From: Candidatus Binatia bacterium
GTDB taxonomy: Bacteria; Desulfobacterota; Binatia; HRBIN30
Assembly: GCA_038245295.1 (NCBI GenBank)
Contig: JBBRSP010000002.1
Coordinates: 353,941 to 417,940, forward strand
Direction of reading: 5' to 3'
Length of the DNA: 64,000 bases
In this document: piece by piece, positions 46,546 to 57,087 of the stretch
Layout: the number at the start of each line of letters is the position of its first letter
Numbering within the stretch: the stretch's first letter is position 1
The notes under the pieces: generated by a model
The model's input: the letters and a program-made list of their open reading frames with translations, nothing else
Databases searched by the model: none
What the model was told of the DNA's origin: nothing
Made by a program: the position numbers and the translations under genes

Positions 46546-47523
46546 ATGCGTCGAATGATTCGAATCGTCAGCGCCGCGATCTTCCTGGCGGTCCTCCCTG
46601 ACCTGGTCACGGCTGACCAGGCTGTGACCGTCGATCCGGCCTTGCCAAGTTACCAGAAAGTGGATGGCATCTCCGGCAACCTCAACAGCATCGGTTCGGA
46701 CACGATGAACAACCTCATGACCTACTGGGCCGAGGGGTTCGCCAAGTTCTATCCGAACGTGAAGGTGCAAGTGGAGGGCAAGGGATCGAGCACGGCTCCG
46801 CCGGCATTGATCGCCGGAACCGCGCAGCTCGGTCCGATGTCGCGCCCGATGAAAGACACGGAAAACGACGCCTTCGAAGCGCAGTTCGGCCACAAGCCGC
46901 TTGGCTTGCGGACGTCGCTCGACTCGCTGGCGGTCTACGTGAATAAGGACAACCCGCTGACCGCGATCACTCTGCCGCAAGCCGATGCGATCTTCTCGAA
47001 GACGCGACGTCTGGGTGCGAAGGAAGCGATCGCGACGTGGGGGCAGCTTACTCTGACGGGCGATTGGGCGAGTAAGCCGATCAGTCTCTATGGTCGCAAC
47101 TCCGCGTCGGGCACTTATGGCTTCTTCAAGGAACACGCGCTCGGCAACGGCGACTACAAGGACGAAGTGAAGGAACAGCCGGGTTCCGCCTCGGTCGTCC
47201 AAGGTGTCACGGAGGATCTTGGTGGCATCGGCTACAGCGGTATCGGTTACCGTACGTCGGGCGTGAAGCCGCTCGCTCTGGCAGCCAAAGAAGGCGGCCA
47301 GGCGATCGTTCCCTCCGCCGCAAGTGTCTACGACGGCACCTACCCGTTGACGCGATTTCTTTTCCTGTACGTCAATAAGGGCCCGGAGAAGCCGCTCGAT
47401 CCTCTCGTCCGCGAGTTCGTCAAGTTCATTTTCTCCAAGCAAGGCCAGGAGGTAGTGGTAAAAGACGGCTACTTGCCTCTTCCTGCCACGGTGGCAGCGG
47501 AGGAGCTGAAGAAGGTACAGTAA
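46546..47523 (+). CDS. pstS: Phosphate ABC transporter substrate-binding protein
   Basis: GSDTM, GKGSST, MSRPMK, GRNSASGTYGFFKE, YPLTRFL. Confidence 0.96.
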   Translation: MRRMIRIVSAAIFLAVLPDLVTADQAVTVDPALPSYQKVDGISGNLNSIGSDTMNNLMTYWAEGFAKFYPNVKVQVEGKGSSTAPPALIAGTAQLGPMSRPMKDTENDAFEAQFGHKPLGLRTSLDSLAVYVNKDNPLTAITLPQADAIFSKTRRLGAKEAIATWGQLTLTGDWASKPISLYGRNSASGTYGFFKEHALGNGDYKDEVKEQPGSASVVQGVTEDLGGIGYSGIGYRTSGVKPLALAAKEGGQAIVPSAASVYDGTYPLTRFLFLYVNKGPEKPLDPLVREFVKFIFSKQGQEVVVKDGYLPLPATVAAEELKKVQ

Positions 47524-47533
47524 GCGGCAATCG

Positions 47534-49792
47534 ATGGCTTCCTTCCCTCTAACCCGCGTCGCCGCGTCCGACCGCTCCGCTGAGCGGCGTCGGGCGCGGC
47601 GACGTTTGAACGACCGCCTCGCCGCACAGTTGGTTCGCCTCGGTGGGCTGGCAACGGTTGCCAGCATCGTGGCGATCCTTGTGTTCATCGGCAACGAGGT
47701 GTTGCCGTTGATCCGCGCCCCGAAGTCACAATCGCTTGCCTCGGTGGCTCGGACCGGCGAAAGCCTGCTCACCCTTACGGATGAGTACCGCGAGAATCTC
47801 GCCGAGATCGATCCGCGTGGCGAGGTTCGAATCGTCTCCCTTCAGGATGGAACGGAACGGCAGCGTCTGCCGCTCGCCAGCATCAATGGCGCGACGCTCA
47901 TCGCCGCCACCCGTGCCGGCAAGGATCACGTGCTGGTTCTCACGTCGGATCAGCGGGTGATCGGTCTGCGGTTGACGTTCGATGCGCAATACAATGCAGG
48001 GCAGCGCAGCCTGCGTCCACGTCTCACCGAAACGGGTGTCTGGCCGCTCGGTGAAGAGGTCGGTGCGCCGACGACGTTGGTCGCCAGCCAACCGAGCGAC
48101 TCCGGTGTCTCGCTCATTACCTTCAACGGTACGGCGGCGCCGCAGTTGTTGGTAATCTCGGAAACCAAGAATATCTTTGGTGCGGTCAATCGCACCGCGG
48201 TACGGCACGACCTGCCCTTACGCAACGACAGTGATGGCGTGACCAAGATCACCATTGAAGCGCGTGGCGCGCGTGCCTTCGTCGGTACCCGCCAGGGCTT
48301 CGTGTATTACTGGGATCTGCGCGATCCCGCGTCGCCGTTGCTGGTCGACGTTGCCGATGCAACCAGTCACCGCAATGTCGCCGTTACCGCGTTGGGCCTG
48401 TTGAATGGCGACCAATCGGTCATGATCGGCGACGCGGGAGGCAACGTTTCCGTGTGGTTCCCGATTGCCGACACTCTGCTCGAACACGGTTGGCGTCTGC
48501 AGCGAGTGCATTCCTTCGAGCCACACCCCAGCCCTGTGACTGTCGTTGCGCCGTCGCCGCGCGACAAGTGTTTCCTCAGCGCCGACAACTCGGGGCACGT
48601 GCGATTGCAACACGCGACCTCGGAGCAAACCTTGTTGGAGCTGTCGGGAGACGGCGTAGCCGTCACCCAGGCTTGGATGCCGCCCAAATCCGACGGTGCC
48701 TTCGCCGTGCGCGCCGATGGAGCTCTGTCGCAGTGGAGTATCGATGATCCACACTCGGAGATCAGTTGGCATACGCTCTTCGGCAAGGTCTGGTACGAGG
48801 GCTACGAAGCTCCGGCTTACGTCTGGCAATCGACCGGCGGCACGGACGACTCCGAAGGCAAGTTCAGTCTTGTGCCGCTCATCCTCGGCACCGTCAAAGG
48901 CACACTCTACGCGCTGCTGTTTGCGGTGCCCATCGCCGTGCTCGCCGCCATCTACACCTCGCAATTGTGTCACCCGAGTATCCGCAACATCGTCAAACCG
49001 ATCGTCGAGATCATGGCGGCGCTGCCGAGCGTCGTGCTCGGCTTTCTGGCGGGGCTTTGGCTGGCGCCGGCGATCGAAGACATCCTGCCCGGTGTTCTCG
49101 CCGCCGGTATCCTGGTGCCGGCCACACTCTGTTGCGCTGGCGCCGCGTGGCATTTGTTACCCGATCGCTGGCGCGCCGCGGTCCGGCCGGGGTTCGAGGT
49201 CTTGATCCTGGTGCCGCTGATCATAGCCGTCGCCTGGACTTGTGTGGCGGCTAGCGGCTCGATCGAGCACTTCTTGTTCGGGGGCGATTTCCGTCATTGG
49301 GTGAATACCAGCCTCGGCAGTCGGCTCGATCAGCGCAACTGCATCATCGTCGGCTTTGCGATGGGATTCGCGGTAATTCCGATCATCTTCACGATTTCCG
49401 AAGATGCGTTGTCGAACGTACCACGGCGTCTGACCTCGGCGTCGTTGGCTCTCGGCGCGACGGCCTGGCAAACCGCGATGCGCGTGGTGGTTCCCACGGC
49501 CAGCCCGGGAATCTTCTCGGCGATCATGGTCGGCTTCGGCCGCGCCGTCGGCGAGACGATGATCGTTCTGATGGCGACCGGTAACACTCCCATCCTCGAC
49601 TGGAGTATCTTTACCGGCATGCGCACGCTGTCGGCAAACATCGCGGTCGAGATCCCCGAGGCGCCGCATGGCGGCACCCTGTACCGCGTCTTGTTTCTGG
49701 CGGCGCTCCTCTTGTTTGCCGCAACCTTCATCGTCAACACGGTCGCCGAAGTCGTGCGCCAGCGCATGCGGCGCCGTTACCAGGACTTGTGA
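47534..49792 (+). CDS. pstC: Phosphate ABC transporter permease PstC (long form with periplasmic beta-propeller-like insertion)
   Basis: KVWYEGY..P..VWQS, KP.VEIMAALPSVVLG, GRAVGETMIVLMATGN. Confidence 0.93.
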   Translation: MASFPLTRVAASDRSAERRRARRRLNDRLAAQLVRLGGLATVASIVAILVFIGNEVLPLIRAPKSQSLASVARTGESLLTLTDEYRENLAEIDPRGEVRIVSLQDGTERQRLPLASINGATLIAATRAGKDHVLVLTSDQRVIGLRLTFDAQYNAGQRSLRPRLTETGVWPLGEEVGAPTTLVASQPSDSGVSLITFNGTAAPQLLVISETKNIFGAVNRTAVRHDLPLRNDSDGVTKITIEARGARAFVGTRQGFVYYWDLRDPASPLLVDVADATSHRNVAVTALGLLNGDQSVMIGDAGGNVSVWFPIADTLLEHGWRLQRVHSFEPHPSPVTVVAPSPRDKCFLSADNSGHVRLQHATSEQTLLELSGDGVAVTQAWMPPKSDGAFAVRADGALSQWSIDDPHSEISWHTLFGKVWYEGYEAPAYVWQSTGGTDDSEGKFSLVPLILGTVKGTLYALLFAVPIAVLAAIYTSQLCHPSIRNIVKPIVEIMAALPSVVLGFLAGLWLAPAIEDILPGVLAAGILVPATLCCAGAAWHLLPDRWRAAVRPGFEVLILVPLIIAVAWTCVAASGSIEHFLFGGDFRHWVNTSLGSRLDQRNCIIVGFAMGFAVIPIIFTISEDALSNVPRRLTSASLALGATAWQTAMRVVVPTASPGIFSAIMVGFGRAVGETMIVLMATGNTPILDWSIFTGMRTLSANIAVEIPEAPHGGTLYRVLFLAALLLFAATFIVNTVAEVVRQRMRRRYQDL

Positions 49793-51210
49793 TGCTGAAG
49801 AAGATCTTACGAACCGGCGATCCGTTCATCTGGTTGACCGGTGGTGCGCTGGCCAGTGCTCTCCTGATGATTGTCGCTCTGTTGGCGCTGGTGATCACCC
49901 AAGCGCTCGGCGTCTTTTGGCCCAGCGCCGTTCGTTACGTGAAGCTGTCGGAGAATCGCGAAGCGTTGGGCCAGGTGCGGCAACGCACCCTCGCACCGCC
50001 CAGCGCCAATGACAGCGCCCCGGCGTATCGCATTCAGATGCAGGTCGGCAATCGCGACATCTACTCGGCCGACTTCCGCTGGATCGACGAGTCGCAGGTC
50101 CAAGAGGCGTCGTATCCCGACGACGCGATCGTCTTCGAGCGCGTCGAATGGGGCAACTTATACGGCTGGATCACAGCCGCTGGTCACGCCAACGAAGTTG
50201 TCGCCAATGAGGGCAATGTCTGGGACGATCTGCAGGTCTGCCTGGCGAGTCCCGACAGTGAGTCGTGCAAACTCGATCGCGTCATGGTGCGCGTTGCCGG
50301 TGGCCAGAACAAAGAGCTGCCGCTCAGCAAGATCGTCCGTGCCTACCGACCAAATGCCATGAGTACGGCGGCGAAGGTACAGTTGTACTTGGCCAAGGCG
50401 TGGGAGTTCGTCAGCGCCAATCCACGCGAGTCGAATACCGAGGGTGGTGTCTTTCCGGCCATCTTCGGCACGGTGCTCATGGTCCTGCTGATGAGTGTGG
50501 CGGTGGTGCCTTTTGGCGTTCTGGCGGCACTCTATCTGCGCGAGTATGCCAAGCAGGGGCTCGTGGTGCAGATAGTGCGCATCGCCATCAATAATCTGGC
50601 CGGCGTGCCGTCGATTGTCTTCGGTGTCTTCGGTCTTGGATTCTTCGTCTACTTTGTCGGCGGTGGTATCGACGCGATGTTCTTCTCGCAGCGCCTGCCG
50701 ACGCCGACGTTTGGCACCGGCGGAATCCTGTGGGCCTCATTCACGCTGGCTCTGCTGACCGTTCCGGTGGTGGTCGTCTCGACAGAAGAAGCTCTGGCGG
50801 CAGTTCCGCGTGAGAACCGCGAAGGTTCGCTCGCCCTTGGAGCGACGAAGTTCGAAACCATCTGGCGCGTCGTGTTACCGAGTGCCCTGCCGGGAATTCT
50901 CACCGGTCTCATCCTCGCCATGGCGCGCGGTGCCGGCGAGGTGGCGCCGCTGATGATCACCGGTGTGGTGAAGTTGGCGCCGAGTATGCCGATGGATACG
51001 ACCTGGCCGTTCCTGCACTTCGATCGCAAGTTCATGCATCTGGGCTTCCACATCTTCGATGTCGGCTTTCAGTCTCCCAATGTCGAAGCGGCCAAACCGA
51101 TGGTCTACGCAACGACGTTGCTCCTTGTGGCGATCATCATTTCTCTGAATCTCGCGGCCATTATCCTGCGCAGCCGTCTGCGCAAGCGGTTCGCAAGTGC
51201 CACCTTCTGA
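49792..51210 (+). CDS. pstA: Phosphate ABC transporter permease PstA
   Basis: [44 protein letters not shown] coupling to pstC. Confidence 0.95.
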   Translation: MLKKILRTGDPFIWLTGGALASALLMIVALLALVITQALGVFWPSAVRYVKLSENREALGQVRQRTLAPPSANDSAPAYRIQMQVGNRDIYSADFRWIDESQVQEASYPDDAIVFERVEWGNLYGWITAAGHANEVVANEGNVWDDLQVCLASPDSESCKLDRVMVRVAGGQNKELPLSKIVRAYRPNAMSTAAKVQLYLAKAWEFVSANPRESNTEGGVFPAIFGTVLMVLLMSVAVVPFGVLAALYLREYAKQGLVVQIVRIAINNLAGVPSIVFGVFGLGFFVYFVGGGIDAMFFSQRLPTPTFGTGGILWASFTLALLTVPVVVVSTEEALAAVPRENREGSLALGATKFETIWRVVLPSALPGILTGLILAMARGAGEVAPLMITGVVKLAPSMPMDTTWPFLHFDRKFMHLGFHIFDVGFQSPNVEAAKPMVYATTLLLVAIIISLNLAAIILRSRLRKRFASATF

Positions 51211-51217
51211 GGTAAGC

Positions 51218-52075
51218 ATGACGACGATGCAACAGAGAGCCATGGACGCCTCAGCGCGCCGCCAAGGGATGACATCCGTGAGCTCGGTCGACACCGTTGC
51301 CGAAGCGGCTGTTGCGGAAGTTCCGATCCTCAGCGTGCAATCGGTGTCGATGAGCTACGGCAGCGACAAATGGGCGATCCGCGACATCAGCCTGGACATC
51401 CGCCGCAACGAGGTCACGGCCTTCATCGGTCCATCGGGATGCGGCAAGTCGACGCTGCTACGCTGCTTCAATCGGCTCAACGACCTCATCGATGGGGTTC
51501 GCATCACCGGCAAGATCATGCTCGAGGGCACAGACATCTACGCCCAGAGCCTCGATGTCACCGAGCTGCGCAAACGGGTCGGCATGGTCTTTCAAAAATC
51601 GAATCCGTTCCCCAAGTCGATCTATGAAAACGTCGCTTATGGACCGCGGGTTGCCGGACTGAATAATCGTAAACAGCTCGACGACATCGTCGAGCAGAGT
51701 CTGCGCAACGCGGCGCTGTGGGACGAGGTCAGCGACCGGCTGACACAGAGCGCTCTTGGCCTCTCGGGTGGCCAACAACAACGTCTCTGTATCGCGCGCG
51801 CCCTGGCGGTCGAGCCCGATGTGATTCTGATGGATGAGCCGTGTTCAGCCCTTGATCCGATTGCCACGGCCCGCATCGAGGCGCTCATCCACGAGCTCAA
51901 GGCGCGCTACACGATCGTCATCGTCACACACAACATGCAGCAAGCGGCCCGTGTGTCGGATCAGACAGCGTTTCTCTACCTCGGCAATCTGGTCGAAGCC
52001 GGTCCCACCGGGCGCATCTTCACCACACCCGAGAAGAAGGAAACCGAAGATTACATCACCGGCCGGTTCGGCTGA
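51218..52075 (+). CDS. pstB: Phosphate ABC transporter ATPase
   Basis: [49 protein letters not shown]. Confidence 0.97.
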   Translation: MTTMQQRAMDASARRQGMTSVSSVDTVAEAAVAEVPILSVQSVSMSYGSDKWAIRDISLDIRRNEVTAFIGPSGCGKSTLLRCFNRLNDLIDGVRITGKIMLEGTDIYAQSLDVTELRKRVGMVFQKSNPFPKSIYENVAYGPRVAGLNNRKQLDDIVEQSLRNAALWDEVSDRLTQSALGLSGGQQQRLCIARALAVEPDVILMDEPCSALDPIATARIEALIHELKARYTIVIVTHNMQQAARVSDQTAFLYLGNLVEAGPTGRIFTTPEKKETEDYITGRFG

Positions 52076-52085
52076 GGAGGTTGCC

Positions 52086-52775
52086 GTGAACGCGCGTTCG
52101 CATACTGATCATCACTATGAAGCCGAGCTGAAAGAGCTGCACCTCAAGATTCTCGAAATGGGTGGCTTCGTGGAGAAGCAAATTGCCGCCGCGATGCAGG
52201 CTCTTCTGAACCGCGATGATGCCCTCGCCCAGCTCACCATCGAGCGTGACCACACGGCGAATCGCATGGACGTCGAGATCGACGAGTTGTGCCTGCGCCT
52301 GCTGGCTCTGCATCAGCCGGCGGCGAAGGACCTGCGGCTGATCACGACCGGTCTGAAGATCACCACCGACCTCGAGCGCATCGGCGATATGGCCGTCAAC
52401 ATGAGCGAGCGCGCCCTCGAGCTCAACCAGGAAGCTCAGCTCAAACCCTTCATCGACATTCCGCGCATGGTCGACACGGCGCGCACCATGTTGCGTAACA
52501 GTCTCGATGCGTTCGTCCGCGAGGATGTCGACCTCGCCCTGGCCGTATGTCGCGAAGATGACGTGATCGACGAGCTTACAAGCCAGCTGTTTCGCGAGTT
52601 GTTGTCCTTCATGGTGGAGACGCCGACGTCGACCAGCCGCGCCATCCGGCTGCTGTTCATCGCCAAGTACATCGAGCGCATTGCGGACCATGCCACGAAT
52701 ATCGCCGAGATGGTCGTCTTCATGGTGAAGGGCAAGAGCATTCGCCATCTCGATCAAGTTCCGCCCAGCGTTTGA
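52086..52775 (+). CDS. phoU: Phosphate signalling protein PhoU
   Basis: HQPAAKDLR, DLERIGD, ERIADHATNIAE; GAGGAGG RBS with GTG start. Confidence 0.96.
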   Translation: MNARSHTDHHYEAELKELHLKILEMGGFVEKQIAAAMQALLNRDDALAQLTIERDHTANRMDVEIDELCLRLLALHQPAAKDLRLITTGLKITTDLERIGDMAVNMSERALELNQEAQLKPFIDIPRMVDTARTMLRNSLDAFVREDVDLALAVCREDDVIDELTSQLFRELLSFMVETPTSTSRAIRLLFIAKYIERIADHATNIAEMVVFMVKGKSIRHLDQVPPSV

Positions 52776-52787
52776 AGGAGTCATACC

Positions 52788-53558
52788 GTGCCAGCCGTCC
52801 CACAGTCCTCTTCCGTCACCGCTGCGACGCCTCGCGGCGGCACCGGTGAGAAACGTGTCATCCTGGTTGTTGAAGACGAGCGCGACATCGCCGAGCTGAT
52901 TCGGTTCAACCTGGAACAGGAGCGATTCACGGTTGTGGTCGCCGAGGATGGCGAACGCGCCCTCGATATGGTGCGCCGTGAACGGCCGGCCCTGGTGATC
53001 CTCGATCTCATGTTGCCCGGCATGTCGGGGTTGGAGGTATGTCGCCGTCTGCGCGCCGAGGAGGCGACGGAACGTTTGCCGATCGTCATCGTCACCGCCA
53101 AGGCGGCGGAGAGCGATCGTATCGTTGGTCTCGAGCTCGGTGCCGATGACTACCTCACCAAACCGTTCAGCACCCGTGAGCTGGTGGCGCGGGTGCGCGC
53201 CGTGATACGCCGCGCCTATGGTGCAGATCTGGAACGACCGGCCGAAGTCTACGAACGTGGCCGGTTGCGCATCGACTTCGACAACTACGAAGTGTTTCTG
53301 TCCGGCGCCAAAGTTCCGCTTTCTCTTCGCGAGTTCGAGCTGCTGCGGTTCTTCGTGCGGTCACCCAATCGTGTCTTTGATCGTCTGCAGATTCTCGATC
53401 TGGTGTGGGGACATGAAACCCACGTCGAGCCGCGCACGGTGGATGTTCATATTCGCCGGCTGCGCAAGCGTATCGAGCGCGACGACGCCAATCCCGATCT
53501 GGTCGTTACGGTGCGGGGAGTAGGTTACAAGTTTGATGAGCGTGCGCTCGACGCGTAG
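52788..53558 (+). CDS. phoB: OmpR-family response regulator PhoB
   Basis: VVEDE, LDLMLP, GADDYLTKPF, RTVDVHIRRLR, TVRGVGY; located in the pst operon. Confidence 0.92.
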   Translation: MPAVPQSSSVTAATPRGGTGEKRVILVVEDERDIAELIRFNLEQERFTVVVAEDGERALDMVRRERPALVILDLMLPGMSGLEVCRRLRAEEATERLPIVIVTAKAAESDRIVGLELGADDYLTKPFSTRELVARVRAVIRRAYGADLERPAEVYERGRLRIDFDNYEVFLSGAKVPLSLREFELLRFFVRSPNRVFDRLQILDLVWGHETHVEPRTVDVHIRRLRKRIERDDANPDLVVTVRGVGYKFDERALDA

Positions 53559-55308
53559 CCTGTTCATACGCCTGCTCCTGCCCGCCCTCATCGTTGTGGC
53601 GGCGGTCGCGGTTAGCTTCTACGCCTACACCGACGCGGTCGTCGAGCGGCTCTACCTCGACACCCTGGCGGACGATGCGCTGCACCAGGCGAAGCTGGTG
53701 GGTGACGAGTTGCCGTGGGATCTCAGCGGCGCGACGTTCGATGCGCAGTGTGCGGCGGTGGCGGTGCTGACCGGTGCGCGCATCACGATCATTGCCGCCG
53801 ATGGGACGGTCCTCGGCGACTCGGATACGTCATCGGTTACTCTCGAGAACCATCGCGATCGTCCCGAAGTGCGCGCCGCCATGCGAGACGGGGTTGGGCA
53901 GGACACGCGCCTCAGTGTGAGCGTCAAACGTCTGCTGTTCTACCACGCGTGGAAACAGACCAGGGGTGCCGAGACACGCATCGTCCGCCTGGCGATTCCA
54001 CTGACGCGTGTGCAAGAGGCGCGCCGGCGCATTCGGACGGCGCTGTGGAGCGGGCTTATTCTCGCCGCCGCCTTGGCGATTTGGCCGGTGTGGCGGATCA
54101 CCCGGCGCACCTCGGCGCGGTTGACCGATCTCACCGACTTTACCACCGCGATTGCCGCTGGTGATGAGCCGCCGCGCGTCAAACCAATCGATGACCAGGT
54201 TCTCGGCAAGCTGGAGCGCAACGTTGTGGCGATGGCCGATGGCCTGCGGCGACAGCTGCGCTTGGCGCAGGAGGAAACTAGCAAGCTCGAGGCGACACTC
54301 GGCGGCATGGTCGAAGGCGTGTTGGTCATCGACCGCAGCGGTACCGTGCGGCTCTCCAATCAGCGTAGCCAGCAGTTGCTCGGAGCTGGAACGGATGGAC
54401 TGGTCGACCGTCTGTTGATCGACATCAATCGCGATCCCGAACTGCACGATTTGGTCCGCAGTGTCTTGTCGTCGGGTGATTATGAACCGATTAGCCGCGA
54501 AATCACCTTGCAGAGCCCGAGCGAATTGACGTTGCGGGTGACCGCCTCGCCGATCGTCGGTGGGCATATGGAAGACGGATTATACATCCTGGTCTTCCAC
54601 GACATGACCGAAATCAAGAAACTCGAGGTGACACGCCGCGACTTTGTGGCCAACGTCTCGCACGAGTTACGCACGCCACTGACAGCGATCCGCGGCTATG
54701 CTGAGACGTTGCTCGCGGGATCGATCGATGACCCGACGCTGGCGCGGCGTTTTGTGGGGGTGATCGAGCGTCACTCGGAGCGTTTGAGTCGCCTCACGGA
54801 TGACCTGCTGACTCTCTCCGACCTCGAACTGGGGCGTGCGGCGCTGCGTCCGGAGGTGATGGAGGTGGATGAAGCGGTGACGGGTGCGGTCGACATCATC
54901 CGCGACAAGGCGAAGCAGAAAGGCATCGCGCTGATTGCGAGCATTCCGGCCGACCTGCCGAAAGTTTGGGCCGACGCCGATCGAATCGAACAGGTGCTGC
55001 TCAATCTGCTCGACAATGCCGTCAAGTATACACCAGCCGATGGTCGCGTGACGGTGGTGGCGCGGGCAAAGGCCTCAGATGTGGAGTTCAGTGTGACCGA
55101 TACGGGCTCCGGTATTCCGAGTCAGGACATTCCGCGCCTCACGGAACGTTTCTATCGCGTCGACAAGGCGCGTTCGCGTGAGCTCGGCGGTACCGGTCTT
55201 GGGTTGGCGATCGTCAAACACATCGTGCAGCTGCACGGCGGCACGTTGCACATCGAAAGCGAGTTGGGGAAAGGCACAACGGTGCGGGTGGTTCTGCCCG
55301 CCGCGTAG
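53536..55308 (+). CDS. phoR: Phosphate regulon sensor kinase PhoR (HAMP-PAS-HisKA-HATPase)
   Basis: ENH.DRPEV, RRDFVANVSHELRTPLT, NLLDNAVKY, ERFYRVDKARSR..GGTGLGL. Confidence 0.94.
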   Translation: MSVRSTRSLFIRLLLPALIVVAAVAVSFYAYTDAVVERLYLDTLADDALHQAKLVGDELPWDLSGATFDAQCAAVAVLTGARITIIAADGTVLGDSDTSSVTLENHRDRPEVRAAMRDGVGQDTRLSVSVKRLLFYHAWKQTRGAETRIVRLAIPLTRVQEARRRIRTALWSGLILAAALAIWPVWRITRRTSARLTDLTDFTTAIAAGDEPPRVKPIDDQVLGKLERNVVAMADGLRRQLRLAQEETSKLEATLGGMVEGVLVIDRSGTVRLSNQRSQQLLGAGTDGLVDRLLIDINRDPELHDLVRSVLSSGDYEPISREITLQSPSELTLRVTASPIVGGHMEDGLYILVFHDMTEIKKLEVTRRDFVANVSHELRTPLTAIRGYAETLLAGSIDDPTLARRFVGVIERHSERLSRLTDDLLTLSDLELGRAALRPEVMEVDEAVTGAVDIIRDKAKQKGIALIASIPADLPKVWADADRIEQVLLNLLDNAVKYTPADGRVTVVARAKASDVEFSVTDTGSGIPSQDIPRLTERFYRVDKARSRELGGTGLGLAIVKHIVQLHGGTLHIESELGKGTTVRVVLPAA

Positions 55309-55322
55309 CCTTGTCCCGCCAG

Positions 55323-55345
55323 CGCAGCCTGAAGGCTGCGCCTAC
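55323..55345 (-). repeat. GTAG-type REP with compensatory stem change
   Basis: Minus strand GTAGGCGCAGCCTTCAGGCTGCG; its TAG is the stop codon of pit. Confidence 0.75.
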
Positions 55346-56346
55346 CGGGTGACGCCGGCGAAACGCAGGAGCTCGATGATCAGCACCGAAATCAACGCCG
55401 TGCACGGCATGGTGAGAATCCAGGCCCACACCACGCGACCGGCGACGCCCCAGCGCACGGCCGACAACCGGCGGGTCGCGCCGACGCCGACGATGGCGCC
55501 GGTGATGGTATGGGTGGTGCTCACTGGTACACCGAACGACGCGGCGCCGAAGAGGGCTATGGCGCCAGCCGTCTCGGCGCAGAATCCACCGTATGGCTGC
55601 AGTTTCGTCAAACTCATCCCCATCGTTTTGACGATACGCCAACCGCCGAACATCGTCCCCAGGGCGATGGCGGCATGGCACAGCAAGATGACCCACATGG
55701 GGACGTAGAAGCTGTCACCCAGATAGCCGGACGAAAACAGCAGCACGGCAATGATGCCCATGGTTTTCTGCGCGTCGTTGGTGCCGTGGCCGAGGCTGTA
55801 GGCGGCGGCGGAGACGAGTTGCAGGCGTCGGAACAAACTGTCCATGCGCCGCGGTGTCGAGTGACGCGCCAGGCGCAAGACCAGCGCCGTAAGCAGCATG
55901 CCGACGACGAGACCGACCAGCGGCGAGATGACGATGAACAGCAGTATACGCGTGATGCCGGCCGAGATCACCACTTGCGGTCCGGCGGCGGCGACTCCGG
56001 CACCGGCAAAGCCGGCGATCAGCGCGTGCGACGAACTAGTCGGCAAGCCGTAGTACCAGGTAATGATATCCCACAGGGTTGCCGACGCGAGCGCTGCGAA
56101 GATCACGGTTGGTGTAACCGCGGATGGCTCGATGATGCCCTTGCCGATCGTCGTCGCGACGCTGACGCCGAAACCAAACGCGGCGACGAAGTTGAAGAAC
56201 GCTGCCCAGGCAACCGCTTGACGCGGCGTCAGGACACGCGTCGACACGATGGTCGCCACCGAGTTGGCGGCATCGTGGAAGCCATTCATGAAGTCGAAGA
56301 GCAACGCCACGGCGATCAGAAAGATCACCAGTCCGAGTTCACCCAC
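55342..56346 (-). CDS. pit: PiT-family inorganic phosphate transporter
   Basis: NGFHDAAN, GLPTSSSHALI, HGTNDAQKTMG, PVSTTH. Confidence 0.95.
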   Translation of the reverse strand: MGELGLVIFLIAVALLFDFMNGFHDAANSVATIVSTRVLTPRQAVAWAAFFNFVAAFGFGVSVATTIGKGIIEPSAVTPTVIFAALASATLWDIITWYYGLPTSSSHALIAGFAGAGVAAAGPQVVISAGITRILLFIVISPLVGLVVGMLLTALVLRLARHSTPRRMDSLFRRLQLVSAAAYSLGHGTNDAQKTMGIIAVLLFSSGYLGDSFYVPMWVILLCHAAIALGTMFGGWRIVKTMGMSLTKLQPYGGFCAETAGAIALFGAASFGVPVSTTHTITGAIVGVGATRRLSAVRWGVAGRVVWAWILTMPCTALISVLIIELLRFAGVTR

Positions 56347-56388
56347 GCCTATCCTCCCAGTTCCGGTCGAGCCTGTGGTGGATGTAGA

Positions 56389-57018
56389 TCAGGTGTACTC
56401 GAGGGCGACGCCTTCGAGCACGTTGGCGACGTCTTCGCAGCGATCGACGGCGTCCTCGAGGAAGTCGTAGATCTCTTTCAGCTTGATGATGGTGATCGGA
56501 TCCTTGTCACCGTTGAACAGGCGTCCGAGGGCGCTGCGCAACAGGGTGTCGCCTTCATTTTCCAGGCGGTTGATCTCCATGCAGATCTTGATCAGACCGT
56601 CGCGGTCCTTGAGATTGCGCAAGCCGACCATGGCGCGATTCACCTGGGTTACCGACTCGACCAGGACCTCGGCCAGCCCAACCGCATCTTCGTCACGCGT
56701 GACGAGCTTATAAAGCCAGATGCGCTCGGCTGTTGCTTCGATGAGGTCGAGGATGTCGTCCATGCGACTGATCAGACGATGGATATCGCCCCGGTCAATC
56801 GGTGTGACGAATGTCTTGTGCAGGATCTCGACGGCGGTGTGGGTGATGACATCGCCTTCGTGTTCGACCTCCTTGATGCGCCGCGCCTGCTCGGCCGCAT
56901 CCTGCGGCGCCGAAAGCATGGCGCGCAGCAACTTGGCCCCCTCGAGGGTCTTCTGCGCGTGCTGTTCGAAGAGGTCGAAGAACTGCTTACCTTCGCTCGG
57001 GAATAGTCGTGAGAACAT
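56389..57018 (-). CDS. DUF47 (PhoU-like Pit accessory) protein
   Basis: FF.LF, EHEGD, TFVTPIDR.DI, ENEGD, LEDAVDRCEDVANVLE. Confidence 0.93.
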   Translation of the reverse strand: MFSRLFPSEGKQFFDLFEQHAQKTLEGAKLLRAMLSAPQDAAEQARRIKEVEHEGDVITHTAVEILHKTFVTPIDRGDIHRLISRMDDILDLIEATAERIWLYKLVTRDEDAVGLAEVLVESVTQVNRAMVGLRNLKDRDGLIKICMEINRLENEGDTLLRSALGRLFNGDKDPITIIKLKEIYDFLEDAVDRCEDVANVLEGVALEYT

Positions 57019-57038
57019 GTGCAGCCGTTCTTAGTCGG

Positions 57039-57067
57039 CTGTCATCATTCTGTAAAGAAAACTTCAC
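57039..57067 (+). promoter_or_regulatory. Pho box in reverse orientation over the DUF47-pit upstream region
   Basis: CTGTCAT-CATT-CTGTAAA-GAAA-ACTTCAC; the first heptamer is the exact PhoB consensus; 11-bp period. Confidence 0.7.
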
Positions 57068-57087
57068 CGAATGCTCCCGGTTCGGCC

